A DNA stretch of 63,998 nucleotides, filler included, from Stramenopiles sp. TOSAG23-3 (Eukaryota), in assembly GCA_900128585.1 (NCBI GenBank). It is 5 parts of 5 records of this genome, joined end to end, with 100 filler letters (N's around TTAATTAATTAA, not from the genome) between each part and the next. Parts side by side here need not be neighbours in the genome. Positions count along the whole stretch, not along the records: positions 39,885 to 53,063 come from LT642639.1; 4 more parts are not named here. The stretch is one strand, 5' to 3'. The position numbers were made by a program, and so were the translations under genes. The notes under the pieces were generated by a model. That model did no database searches. It was not told where the DNA came from and was given only the letters and a program-made list of their open reading frames with translations. Numbering within the stretch: the stretch's first letter is position 1; every line of letters begins with the position of its first letter. Shown here one piece after another: positions 40,793-51,128 of this stretch.

Positions 40793-43700
40793 ATGACACC
40801 AAACGAACTCGCAATATTGAATTCAACCTTGACGCAGAGCCAAAAGATAAAAGTATTACGTAACTGCACTGATGACCAATTAAAAACGATATTGTCGTTT
40901 AATGGCAATCTCAGAGATGATCAGGTCAGGGCGGTTTTACATGGAGAAGATCCCGTTGTGCGTGGGTTTGTGCGTGAGTCAGCCGATGGACACAACGAGC
41001 CAGCCAAAGGTCTACCCGACGAGCCAACCAAGGGTCTGTCCGATACAGCAGTGCCAAAACGGAAACGAAGTAAACTTGTTAACAGAAAAACAGTTTACCT
41101 TTCCAAGAAAACACTGCCTTATTCTATCGAAAAGAAAATGTTTATCTTAACCCCTGCCACCGGATTTAAAAAACATACACGCGAAAAGGATGCCTCGCCA
41201 GACGCCGTTTTGAAAATAAAGGAAATGGGAACCTCCAAAATTGCAATATACCATCAAGCCGGCCGTGTCTACATTACCGTAGATTACCTTGGACTTTCCA
41301 GTGATTTGAAAGATGCCATTTCAAAAGAATCGAATCGTAAAGAGAAAGGGAAGAGACTCTACAATATCGTAGATTCTTCCATTTCAAGGGAAATGCGAGA
41401 CCTACTATCCGAAGAGGTTATTATTCCTAGGAAGGCAACACGGATAAAAGTGCACAAACTGGAGGACTTTATCAAAATTATGGAGGTCTTGCAGAAACAG
41501 GCAATCACCGACAAGGATATGAATGAAGCCATCCGAAATTTCAAAGCGAAGAAGGATCGTAAGAAGTTCGTCTCTGTCCTGTCAAAGTATCCTCTGGGAA
41601 AACGAACTAAAATTTTAGAAGGGAAGAATGTACGTTCGTCCAGAAGATTACTTTCTGATGCAGCAAAGATTTGGATTCCAAAAGGTTTCAAGTTGTATTT
41701 GAAAAAAACGAAAAAAGAGTTCGACAAGGAAAATCACATCAGAGAACTGAGATCGAATGTTTGTACTACATGGTCGCATATATTTACAAACGAGAAAGTT
41801 ACAGCGGACCGAATTGAAAAGGCGATGACAGAGGGTCAAAACTACGGTATGCAACCCGGGGATAATGGAGACCCGCCCGCTGTGAAATGCAAAAATCTAG
41901 GTGAAATTCTACGAGCCTTATCGTATATATTCAATAAAAAAGACAACCACGGAATCATTTCAATGTTGGCGGAGGCAAATACCGCAATTCGTAGTAAAAA
42001 CTACGATACAAAGAAAACGGAGGGTAGGGATCTTGTACGGAAAGAAGATATGGAATTCCTCTCTACGTCCTCCGAGCAACAAGATATTAAAAAATGGAGT
42101 TTGTCGGTGATTGCATCAATTGATTCGTATGACAAATTCGAGAGAATGGCCCATGAGTGCGAAGATACCTTCTTTAAAGAAATACATAGAAAGTTGATTC
42201 ATGAAACAGGGCAATGCACCAATCGACGGGAATTGAAATCATTTTACAATATGATGTCTGAGCAAAAGTTTTACACTGAATTGCGTTTCCTATGGAAAAT
42301 CCGTGATTCCTTGGGTGTTTCAACATTGAATGAACTGGTTGAATTTATCTTTAGCGATCAATCGGCCAGAGAATGGATCCATGGGTGGGTATGCGCAATG
42401 GTATGTACTACACATTTCGGGGCAACCAAAAGGAAGGACGTTGACCCGTATTTGGTAGGTGATACAGCAGAAGTGTATTTGAGATGCACGTATCATGTCT
42501 ACAATCTCCTTCCGGAGGAATACAAAGCGCGTTTCATGCAATATATGTTGCCATCGTTCATATCGTATTGGTTTTCTGCGCGAAATACAAATTGCGAAAT
42601 GATCCATGTGATTTCAAAAGGGGATTTCGAAAAACGTATGCAAGACAGCAATTCGTTCCCAGATCTTGACAAGGGAATCTTTATTGTTGTTTTACGCAAT
42701 GATTATAACATCATCAAGAGGGAAAAGAAGGCATCAACAGATGATAGTGCGGATATGAAATTGAAACTAAGCGAGGTTTCTGATAAAGATTATCCTTTTC
42801 TCCGGACATTAATACCGGAAATTCACCGTCGATACGAAGATTTATTGGGTTGCAAAGTAACCGCGGAGTCAATCGAACAGAGGAATTATATTTCGCATGA
42901 AAATACTCTATACGAAGACGGAAATATTATCCTGCAAAACCACACATTCCCTATGGTAGAGCCCGCATTTGTTCATGGCAGTGTCAAATACATTGGTGTT
43001 AATGTTCCAATCCTTCGCGAAACCCAACGAGTGAATACAACACCTCTAAAACTGCGCGCTCAACTTGATTTTTCCGCAGGAAATTCTGAACCATCAAAGA
43101 AACAACGGGAGGTTATCAAGAGTTTATCTGGGCGTGTGAATGGTGTTGAAACAACTTTCTCTTTCATGAAATTTCCTAACAAAGATTTGAAATCGATGTA
43201 TGCACGGTTGCGAACGGAAACAAATAACACAGCCAGCATAGATCCGTGCATGGAGAAAATGCAACAGGTCGTCGAAAACGCGTTGAAAGGAAAAATCGAT
43301 TTTGATGGATACACTTCAGAGTGCGATGTCTCAAAGTATATGTCTGAGAAAGAAATCAATCACCTACGTGTCGCCACGCAGAAAGGGTGTGTTTACGAGT
43401 ACAAATTTCTTGGACGATACAACAGAGGCAATGTCATGGCGGCCTGTGTAGACGAATTAAAAGATATCAATGGTCAATTCGAAGAGTTTCTAAAGGAAAA
43501 AGAAAAAGAATTACGACGGAAAGAAAATCACTTAACCCGAAAGATTTTGAGAGATAACTACAAGGCGTTCAAATCCGAGCGGTTGTTACCCTTTACTCGA
43601 TTCGGTGGCACATATGGCGGAGAAAAAAGTATTATTGAACGTTTATCCTCACATCCCACCTTCCCGACATGGGATAATCGCCCGGATACCTTCGTATGGT

Positions 43701-44059
43701 ACGAAGATACCGGTGGTTTGTTGGAAGACCGGTGTGAATATTTTCGCCTCATGAATTGTAAAGAACAATCTGCCCAAATATTCTTCCTTCGCATGTGGTA
43801 CGAACTTCGTTCGTTCATTAATGAATTTATTGAGGAAAAATTTGTGAGCCAAGGCATTCCTGCCACCCCGTCTATTGGAATCGTTAGATATTTAAAAAAC
43901 ATGGAAAAGATAATGAAAGCAGCGCAAGAAAGACACGCGGTGAAATACCCTCGACCCTCTATATTGGCCAGAACTCTTTCTATGGTGGAAAAATGTCTAT
44001 CTCCTAAACGGAAGAGAGATGATGAAGGGGGACCGAGCAAGCGGTTTAAACCGGAGTAA
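40793..44059 (+). CDS. Large orphan protein (1088 aa) with C-terminal bipartite NLS-like motif
   Basis: Uninterrupted 3.3-kb ATG ORF ending PKRKRDDEGGPSKRFKPE. No family confidently recognised. Confidence 0.8.
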   Translation: MTPNELAILNSTLTQSQKIKVLRNCTDDQLKTILSFNGNLRDDQVRAVLHGEDPVVRGFVRESADGHNEPAKGLPDEPTKGLSDTAVPKRKRSKLVNRKTVYLSKKTLPYSIEKKMFILTPATGFKKHTREKDASPDAVLKIKEMGTSKIAIYHQAGRVYITVDYLGLSSDLKDAISKESNRKEKGKRLYNIVDSSISREMRDLLSEEVIIPRKATRIKVHKLEDFIKIMEVLQKQAITDKDMNEAIRNFKAKKDRKKFVSVLSKYPLGKRTKILEGKNVRSSRRLLSDAAKIWIPKGFKLYLKKTKKEFDKENHIRELRSNVCTTWSHIFTNEKVTADRIEKAMTEGQNYGMQPGDNGDPPAVKCKNLGEILRALSYIFNKKDNHGIISMLAEANTAIRSKNYDTKKTEGRDLVRKEDMEFLSTSSEQQDIKKWSLSVIASIDSYDKFERMAHECEDTFFKEIHRKLIHETGQCTNRRELKSFYNMMSEQKFYTELRFLWKIRDSLGVSTLNELVEFIFSDQSAREWIHGWVCAMVCTTHFGATKRKDVDPYLVGDTAEVYLRCTYHVYNLLPEEYKARFMQYMLPSFISYWFSARNTNCEMIHVISKGDFEKRMQDSNSFPDLDKGIFIVVLRNDYNIIKREKKASTDDSADMKLKLSEVSDKDYPFLRTLIPEIHRRYEDLLGCKVTAESIEQRNYISHENTLYEDGNIILQNHTFPMVEPAFVHGSVKYIGVNVPILRETQRVNTTPLKLRAQLDFSAGNSEPSKKQREVIKSLSGRVNGVETTFSFMKFPNKDLKSMYARLRTETNNTASIDPCMEKMQQVVENALKGKIDFDGYTSECDVSKYMSEKEINHLRVATQKGCVYEYKFLGRYNRGNVMAACVDELKDINGQFEEFLKEKEKELRRKENHLTRKILRDNYKAFKSERLLPFTRFGGTYGGEKSIIERLSSHPTFPTWDNRPDTFVWYEDTGGLLEDRCEYFRLMNCKEQSAQIFFLRMWYELRSFINEFIEEKFVSQGIPATPSIGIVRYLKNMEKIMKAAQERHAVKYPRPSILARTLSMVEKCLSPKRKRDDEGGPSKRFKPE

Positions 44060-44125
44060 ACTAAGTTTACATGTATATATTTTATGAAACGTGAGTTAAA
44101 TTTTATGTAAAATAGATTACGTAAA

Positions 44126-44908
44126 TCAGCTCAGTTTAAAGAAATCCGTAGGATCACCTTTGGATAACTGTCGTTGAAGTGGAGTGTGTTTCTTCAGCCG
44201 AAATTTGGGCGCAACGCGGGATACAGTCTTTTTCCCGGTATACTTCTCCAGCGTTTCTTCAAGGGCTTCTTTCTTTCTCGTAAGATCTTCGATCGCAGTT
44301 TTAATAGCATTCTGATTTGAATTTGCTGGTAAGGCCTTGAGGCTCTCCGAAACACCTTTTAATTCGGATTTAGTGTTCTGGACCGCTTGAGCCTTTAGCA
44401 CAGACATAGCTTCTTCCACGTACACATCGTCCCAATGGTCCGCGACGAGTCCCAGTGTTTGGCACAGTGAATCACGTATGGCTCTACCGTATTCAGAGGT
44501 ATGAATTTCGGATTTATCCAGCTGTGCTTTGATTAGCTTCAGAATTGGTTCCAACTCGAAGCCAACCGCTGCAAACTCGTTCTTGTCCACGTCGATATCG
44601 GTACCCAGCTTTGTTTCACGTCGTTCGATATTCGCACACGAATATTTGACGTTGAGTTTGGTATCTTCATATTCTTGGACAACCTCGTTTAAATCCAACG
44701 AGCCTTCTTCCTGCGCGGTAGCAAGGTATTCATGGATGTCCGCCGCGGTCTCGTTAAGAACTTTCTCAAAGCCTTGGGCTAAGACGGAGGTCCCGTCCTC
44801 GGTAGTAACCGCGGTAGACGGTATTTTACAGTTGCCACAGTGTTTGTTATCCTTTACACAGTCAGGGCTGCGTTGGCACTTTTTGCGTTTTTGATATCGT
44901 GTCGTCAT
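44126..44908 (-). CDS. Orphan protein with N-terminal Cys/His mini zinc finger and coiled coil
   Basis: CQRSPDCVKDNKHCGNC near the N-terminus and a helical acidic body. ATG at 44908. Confidence 0.65.
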   Translation of the reverse strand: MTTRYQKRKKCQRSPDCVKDNKHCGNCKIPSTAVTTEDGTSVLAQGFEKVLNETAADIHEYLATAQEEGSLDLNEVVQEYEDTKLNVKYSCANIERRETKLGTDIDVDKNEFAAVGFELEPILKLIKAQLDKSEIHTSEYGRAIRDSLCQTLGLVADHWDDVYVEEAMSVLKAQAVQNTKSELKGVSESLKALPANSNQNAIKTAIEDLTRKKEALEETLEKYTGKKTVSRVAPKFRLKKHTPLQRQLSKGDPTDFFKLS

Positions 44909-45050
44909 TTTTTTGCTGGTGTTAACTTTTGAAATCACAACTTTTGAAATAGAAACAGGTTAGACAATTGTGTCGAACATGGGAGTATGTCGCTTTTGGA
45001 TCCAAAATACTGAACCTCTTGCTAATCTGGATCCAAAATCCGGGCTGCGG

Positions 45051-45335
45051 GAGTCGTTTTAGATATTACATATAAGATAATTGTAAATTCGGCTCACAAA
45101 AATATTTTGTATTGAATACCATAGAGGGACACGCAGATGCTAATCCCCTACTGGCGATAATCCGAAACCGGAGACGATTCCTTTGCTGTCTCGATATCAA
45201 TATTGGAATAGCATATATAATCATGTATATGTTATTCGCTGTATACAGGTTACAGGGACATACGGTATATCATTGTTTGTATATTATCACCTGTATCAAG
45301 TTTCTTGTCCTCGTTAAAGCCCTGTGGCTCAAATC
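45051..45335 (+). repeat. ~285-bp direct repeat, copy 1
   Basis: Closely similar to 52771-53063 (GAGTCGTTTTAGATATTACA...GGCTCAAATC). Confidence 0.93.
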
Positions 45336-45808
45336 GAATCCCTGCCTGTCTCGCCGTACGAAAGACACAGATACCTACTGGCGAGAACCATTCAATATGG
45401 AAACAGGACGTATAATTTTTCCATGTTAAAACCCTGTTACAGGCCTCTTGTCAGTCCGGAGACAGATGTCAATGCTGTTCAATGTACTTGGAAAAAAAAA
45501 CCGGTAAAAAAGAAAATAACCGCCTCGTGGTGCCATAGCCGTAGCCGTAGCCGCGTCGGTAAACCGCAACCGCCTCGAGGCAATAATCCAGAGTGTTACA
45601 ATAACTTTGAAAGAATAATGGCTGTACGATAAAATGTGAAGGTAATGCCAATTACGCAGGATAAAAAGTTTGTTCGTGAATACAAGAAGGATGAATAAAG
45701 TATCCCCTTCCGTTGATACTGTGCGGCCGGTCGAGGCGGTTACGGCTACGGCGGCGAAGCCTCTGAAACAAAAAACCGTGTTCGAGCACGAAGATTGTGT
45801 CAACACCT

Positions 45809-46165
45809 AAGCCCTCGAAGAAACGCTGGAGAAGTATACCGGGAGGAAGACTGTATCCCGTATCGCTCAAATTTCGGCTGAAGAAACACACCCCACTTCA
45901 ACGACAGTTTGGTGCTACTTGTCTATAGGGAATTCTTGGCCACGGGGGCTGCTAAGAAAATGATTCCGGCGGGTGGGGGTGGGGGGATATGTTTCGTAAC
46001 AACTATACCAAAGCACTGCAATCGAAGAACTAAGCTTAAGAAAACGAAAGAAGCCCTCTACGAAATCCTTGAGAACTACACCGGGGAAACGGCTGTGCAA
46101 TTCCACGTCGCTGTGAAATTTCGGATAAAGAAACACGCCCTGCTTCAACGGTAGTTGTCCAAGGG
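45809..46165 (+). pseudogene. Two degenerate, inverted copies of the 3' end of the 44126-44908 gene
   Basis: 45809-45909 is near-identical to the reverse complement of 44166-44268. 46047-46165 encodes KEALYEILENYTG...KFRIKKHALLQR*LSKG versus KEALEETLEKYTG...KFRLKKHTPLQRQLSKG. Confidence 0.75.
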
Positions 46166-46306
46166 AAATCAAAAAGATTTCTTTAAACTTCATTGAGCTG
46201 ATGATCCTGTAGAAATCTAAATTTATAAATCACATCTTAAGATTCTTACTGTAAAACCTCACAGACCAAAAGCCATGCTAATGTTACTTTTACTTTGTAC
46301 ATTATG

Positions 46307-48139
46307 TTAGGAAGAAAATTTCCGATAAAAATGACTAGGTGCTTGCTCTTCATGATTCACAAATAGATTATGATGCTCGTTTGAAGACAATTCCAATAGT
46401 CGAGAAATATGGGGCATATTTTTGGGATTGAATATGGCTTTTACAACATCTTTTAGATTGCCATAACCCAAAATCTGCTTTGTTGATAAAGGGCATGTAT
46501 CCATTTTGCACAATATAATACTCTTCACCTTTAAAAACAACAAAGGTTTTATTTGCGGTCGCATCATTATTGACCCATCCATGAAATCAATCAGATTTTT
46601 TGTCCCACACGTCAAATTACATTTTATACAAGATGGAACCATGTTCCAGATTTCATCCTGAGCAGTATCACCGCACCCTTTTGCATTTGCGTCAATGTGG
46701 GCACATTGGAAGGAACCCTCCTTCTTGATATTGTTGATTTTGCATATTGGACATTTTGCGTTCGACTCTTCTCTAAGAATAATTTCCCAAACATCTTTTC
46801 GATCACGAGGTGTCAGTCTTGCCATTGTCTTTGCTTTCTTTGCTGGAGAGGCACTTCGTTTTGAACAAACCCCATCCGTTTTTCGAAGGCATAATACATG
46901 CGTCCAGTCTCCAGTTTCACAGGTCATCGCTTGATTTTTAGCAGCCCCCCCACAAATACGGCATCTTACGGTGCTTGGCGCATTGGCAGCGCACCGATTG
47001 CAATACCATTCTCCTTTCGGTATTTTTGATATTTTATAACATTCTTTGTGTACCTTCACGCCACAATCCTTTCCGTCACAGTAAACAATGGGGTTTTTTT
47101 TCGGTGATGACAGTTTCTGACAAATACTGCACTGATCCTCCTCACTTTCACCAGAAGATGATTCGCCACTTGGTTCGCTGTCGTTTTTTTGGGATTGTTT
47201 GCTGTAGAGACTTACGATCCTTGGGGGAAAATTATCTTCTTGTATCCAAAGGGATTTTTTTGATCCAAAGAATACAACTTCGAGTTCTTTTCCATTTTTT
47301 GTTTGTCTCTCATCAACGATCTTTTCAACAATATTGAACATCCCGTAAATGTCGCACAACTCTTCAGAGCCAATATCTTGATTCCTTATCAATCTCGCTA
47401 AATTGAGCGGCCGCGAGGGCTTGCTACCGGAAGATAAACGAAGAGGACAGCAATCACGACAGAAAACCACACGGAGGTGAGGATGAATTTTACCTTGTTG
47501 TAGGACGTTTTTGACCGATAAGAATGTCGCGTCATCTTTAAGTGCACAATTAAGATGATAAGTGTGTCTACACGAATTGTCCATGCAGCCTATAGCAGCG
47601 CCTTTGCGTTTACAAAGAGCGCACTTTAGAGATGCAGAACGTCGCAACGCTTTAAAAAGGTGAACGTTGAACTTTTTTGGTGCGGGGATAAAACTAGAGC
47701 ATTCGCTGTACTGTTGAAGGTCAGGGGCCCACTGTGCACAAAGTTCGTGGATGTATTTTGTTTGCGGGCTTCCAACCCGTGAGAATGGACCTACAGGTTG
47801 CTCCCATAATCCGCCCCCCCCATCTTTACAAAAGGCACAGTTCCCAGCGTTTTCACAGGTTACGCTTTCTTGAGAAGAAAGAAAAAACGAATCGTTCTCA
47901 TAGTCTGACAAATTTTGCAAACTCTCTTCTTCGTCCCGTTGAGGCGTAGATTGCTTTAAATGTCTTCTTTGATAGTCCAATTTTGGTCTTCCTCGTTTTC
48001 GTCCTCGCGTTTTTTTTTCTGGCTTTACTAACTCCTCTTCCTCGGAGCTTTCTTCCTCGAAGCGGGCGCTTCCCTCGGGATATTCGCCTCTGCCATAGTC
48101 TTCTTCTTTTTTCCAAAACAGTTGTTTGATAAAATTCAT
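46307..48139 (-). CDS. AT-hook / ePHD / chromo-like / PHD-Zn-knuckle / HNH endonuclease fusion protein
   Basis: KRGRP; CAFC...HELCAQWAP...CALCKRKGAAIGC...YHLNCA...FCRDC (ePHD); VEKIVDERQTKNGKELEVVFFG...WIQEDNF (chromo-like); CSIC...NPIVYCDGKDCGVKVHKECY...WYCNRC plus CRIC...WTHVLC (AF10/BRPF-type); RKDVW...CPIC...FQCAHI...NMVPSCIKCN (HNH). Confidence 0.85.
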   Translation of the reverse strand: MNFIKQLFWKKEEDYGRGEYPEGSARFEEESSEEEELVKPEKKTRGRKRGRPKLDYQRRHLKQSTPQRDEEESLQNLSDYENDSFFLSSQESVTCENAGNCAFCKDGGGGLWEQPVGPFSRVGSPQTKYIHELCAQWAPDLQQYSECSSFIPAPKKFNVHLFKALRRSASLKCALCKRKGAAIGCMDNSCRHTYHLNCALKDDATFLSVKNVLQQGKIHPHLRVVFCRDCCPLRLSSGSKPSRPLNLARLIRNQDIGSEELCDIYGMFNIVEKIVDERQTKNGKELEVVFFGSKKSLWIQEDNFPPRIVSLYSKQSQKNDSEPSGESSSGESEEDQCSICQKLSSPKKNPIVYCDGKDCGVKVHKECYKISKIPKGEWYCNRCAANAPSTVRCRICGGAAKNQAMTCETGDWTHVLCLRKTDGVCSKRSASPAKKAKTMARLTPRDRKDVWEIILREESNAKCPICKINNIKKEGSFQCAHIDANAKGCGDTAQDEIWNMVPSCIKCNLTCGTKNLIDFMDGSIMMRPQIKPLLFLKVKSIILCKMDTCPLSTKQILGYGNLKDVVKAIFNPKNMPHISRLLELSSNEHHNLFVNHEEQAPSHFYRKFSS

Positions 48140-48901
48140 GATAAACAAAGCAAGCAATTGACCCTCTTATTTTAATAGTTTCGCACAAATCCAACTGCTT
48201 GAGTTTGGACAAAAAAAAGAATTGTCAGCGTTTAGCAAATACGTCATGGATCCACTTGCAAAGCTATAGATATCTATGAGCAAATACTTGCTGATTGTGT
48301 CACATTGTACTTCAGTAGTAGTGATGTTCCATAAATAGGATAGCTTCAGATGGAAGCATCAGCAGGGGGTACCAAAGGATTGTTTTAGTACCTAATTATG
48401 TTGTCGATGAGCCGATCCCCCCCTCCGTTTTTTATGAGACATAAGATCAGATAATCCTTCCTTCTTTTTAGACAGTCCACAAAATGTAGACACAACTGAC
48501 CAACAAGTACAATTCTTCTACTTAGTCTATGACGAGTAAGTCTATCGCGAAATGAAGCGCAACGGAAACAGTCAAAACACCCGTGCTAAAGGCCGATTCG
48601 AGCAGGAACATTATGATTGTATAGACTCGGGTCGCAGTATTTAATACCGGCGCCGGTTATGGACGGACATGTTATCTGGTTCTTAACACGGATACACTGA
48701 AAACAGAGCACTGCGCGTATATTTCGACACTTCATTATTTAAAATTTACCATACTAATCGGCTGTTACAAAACCATTATTAATACCGCATACCGAAGCGG
48801 GCGGACAAAAAAACACCTAAGAACGTATCCTACTACACTACGGTACTAACCCTCATCTATACAAGGTAACAAGGTAACAACTTAAATCCCATTTTAAAAT
48901 A

Positions 48902-49574
48902 ATGAAAAACGGGCCTGTAATACTTCTGTTTTACCCAGAAGACTCAGAAGTATATCAGAAAATGCATACGGGCAGTTACTTTGGCTGCGAGACGTTATTT
49001 GAATAATGCAAAATGAAACGAGAGGTTCTTTTCGAAAAGCAATCATCTTGTTTGAACAATGTAAAAGAGGAAGTCTCGGTCGCACATTTCTATGCACTGG
49101 CATGATTAGCAATTATTGGTATAAAGAAAGTCTCGCCCAAATGTTTTTTGTGTTGTATTATAGTATACTCCCCACCCCGACACGGTACCATATGTTCCCC
49201 GTTCCGGTGATTCTTTTGGATAAAATGAATGAGAAACAGGCAACGTGTTATAATAAAATTTGTGAAGCCGTTTCCATAGATGTGCAACCAATACCTGTGG
49301 AAGCATAGAAGAACTGTATGCGCTTTTTTCAGAGTTCAATTCAAAAGGAAAATCCATAGTGGATGATAGTGTTCCTATCAAGAGATCCACCAAAAGATCT
49401 GAGAAAACATTAAGCGCTAAAGAAGTCGCCGACCGAAAAAGAGAGAGCGTTGCGGCTGAAAAAGGAAAACAATCGGCAATCGAAAGAGCAAAGCTGATTG
49501 CTGAAGACGCTGCTGATAAAGCAAGAGAAGAACTTGAAGAAATTGATGAGCCGGCTATTCAGAAGTCTTCTTAG
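48902..49574 (+). pseudogene. Probable frameshifted orphan gene
   Basis: Consecutive plus-strand ORF pieces (49006-49308, 49359-49574) in different frames; the latter is coiled-coil-like and its frame stays open upstream into the first piece. Confidence 0.35.
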
Positions 49575-50004
49575 AATTTATCTTATCATACATAGTATTA
49601 GTGTCACACTAACAACTAGCAATACCATACTTCCACTATCGCGATGGCGATTTCCTTAATTTATCTTCATTTAAGATTATACAGGGTAATTAAATCACTT
49701 TATGGACTGAATTACATTTTCCTGTTCTTTTTAAGGTAAATTTTTATTCATTCTCATTATTTTTTTGCGCCCCGCTAAAATCCCTCTACTTGTAAGATAT
49801 TGAAACAGGTGCACAGAATGATCTGCATCACAGCTCCGTGTATTAAAATATTTCAAATCTTGATCAGCGCAACAATTTGTTTCATACAAGCTGTTATTCA
49901 AGGACCCCTTAACTCTTTCAATGCGATCCAAAACCTTCGGAGACACACTTTCAAGTGATTGAATGCAGAGGAATTACCAAACTTGTAGAAGATTTATAAC
50001 CAAA

Positions 50005-50481
50005 ATGACTGACAACGCAGCAAATTCTCCTCCTGTAAAGTTATTGTACATCGGGGAGTTAAAAGACGGAAAATACCACGGGAAAGGAACGCTGTTCGGT
50101 AAAGCAGGAGTTCCGAAATATGAGGGTGGCTTTGAGAATAATGCTTGCCATGGTATAGGGAAGGTTTTTGACAACCATGGTGTACTAATGTATCATGGAG
50201 ATGTGCAACAAAATAAGTATCATGGCGAAGGAAAGTGCTTTGATGGAAAAGGTAACCTTCGGTACGAGGGGCAGTTGGAAAACAATTTATTTCACGGCCA
50301 TGGAACTCTATTCGACGCTAACGGCAAAGTTATATTTTCTGGGGTTTTCGAAAAACACCAAATGAAAGGACAAGGTCTGCGGCATGGGAAATTGCCACTA
50401 CCAAGACTTGTAAAGAGAGGCCGTCCACGGAGATTGGACTGCGACGATGAGGCTTCAAGTAAGAAAAGGAAAAAGAGCTGA
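50005..50481 (+). CDS. MORN-repeat protein with C-terminal AT-hook/NLS
   Basis: About five YxGxxxxxxxHGxGxxF units, then KRGRPRR and KKRKK. An alternative ATG lies at 49963. Confidence 0.85.
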   Translation: MTDNAANSPPVKLLYIGELKDGKYHGKGTLFGKAGVPKYEGGFENNACHGIGKVFDNHGVLMYHGDVQQNKYHGEGKCFDGKGNLRYEGQLENNLFHGHGTLFDANGKVIFSGVFEKHQMKGQGLRHGKLPLPRLVKRGRPRRLDCDDEASSKKRKKS

Positions 50482-50557
50482 TTGTTATCCTTCCAAGTAG
50501 GCAAAAGAAAAGGGCACAAGGATCCTCATTGCAACGCTAATATAATTCGTATTACAA

Positions 50558-50667
50558 AAAAATATTTACATTAAGAATTACTCGATTTAGATCGGTATTA
50601 TTTGCGTCAAAGTTTCCTAGATTTCGTGAAAAATATTTTCATTAAGAATTACTCGATTTAGATCGGT
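50558..50667 (+). repeat. Two ~38-bp direct repeats (core CATTAAGAATTACTCGATTTAGATCGGT) about 71 bp apart
   Basis: Direct reading of the sequence. Confidence 0.85.
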
Positions 50668-51128
50668 GGGGTATTATTCTCTCGGGTGTGTTGGGCATTT
50701 TTCCCCCGCTTCTCTGCCCATCGAAAGGCTCGAACCAAGGGCGCGTCGAACTTCTCTTGGGCCCTGCGCATGAGGGTTTCCATTTTTTCCAACTCTTTGT
50801 CTACACAAACATACCTGCTCTGGTATATTTTTTAATTCCTTGCACAACATGTAGAATTGCGGAATGCAATCATTTACTCTTCTAAAATTAGGAATCGCTC
50901 GTTGTACATTCTCCTATTCCGTGATTCGGTGCTCTCGATCGGCCCCCGAAAAAGTAGCGTAATTTAGTGTAAATTATAGGGTTGAAAAGTCCGTCATCCG
51001 TCATACCTGTTATAAAAATTCAAAATTAATATATTTCTTGCGCCCGTACAATTAATAATGCAAAAAGTAAAAAATCACGATGGAAAAAGTAAAAAGTAAA
51101 AAGTAAAGCGAAGTATTTTTAACGAAAG

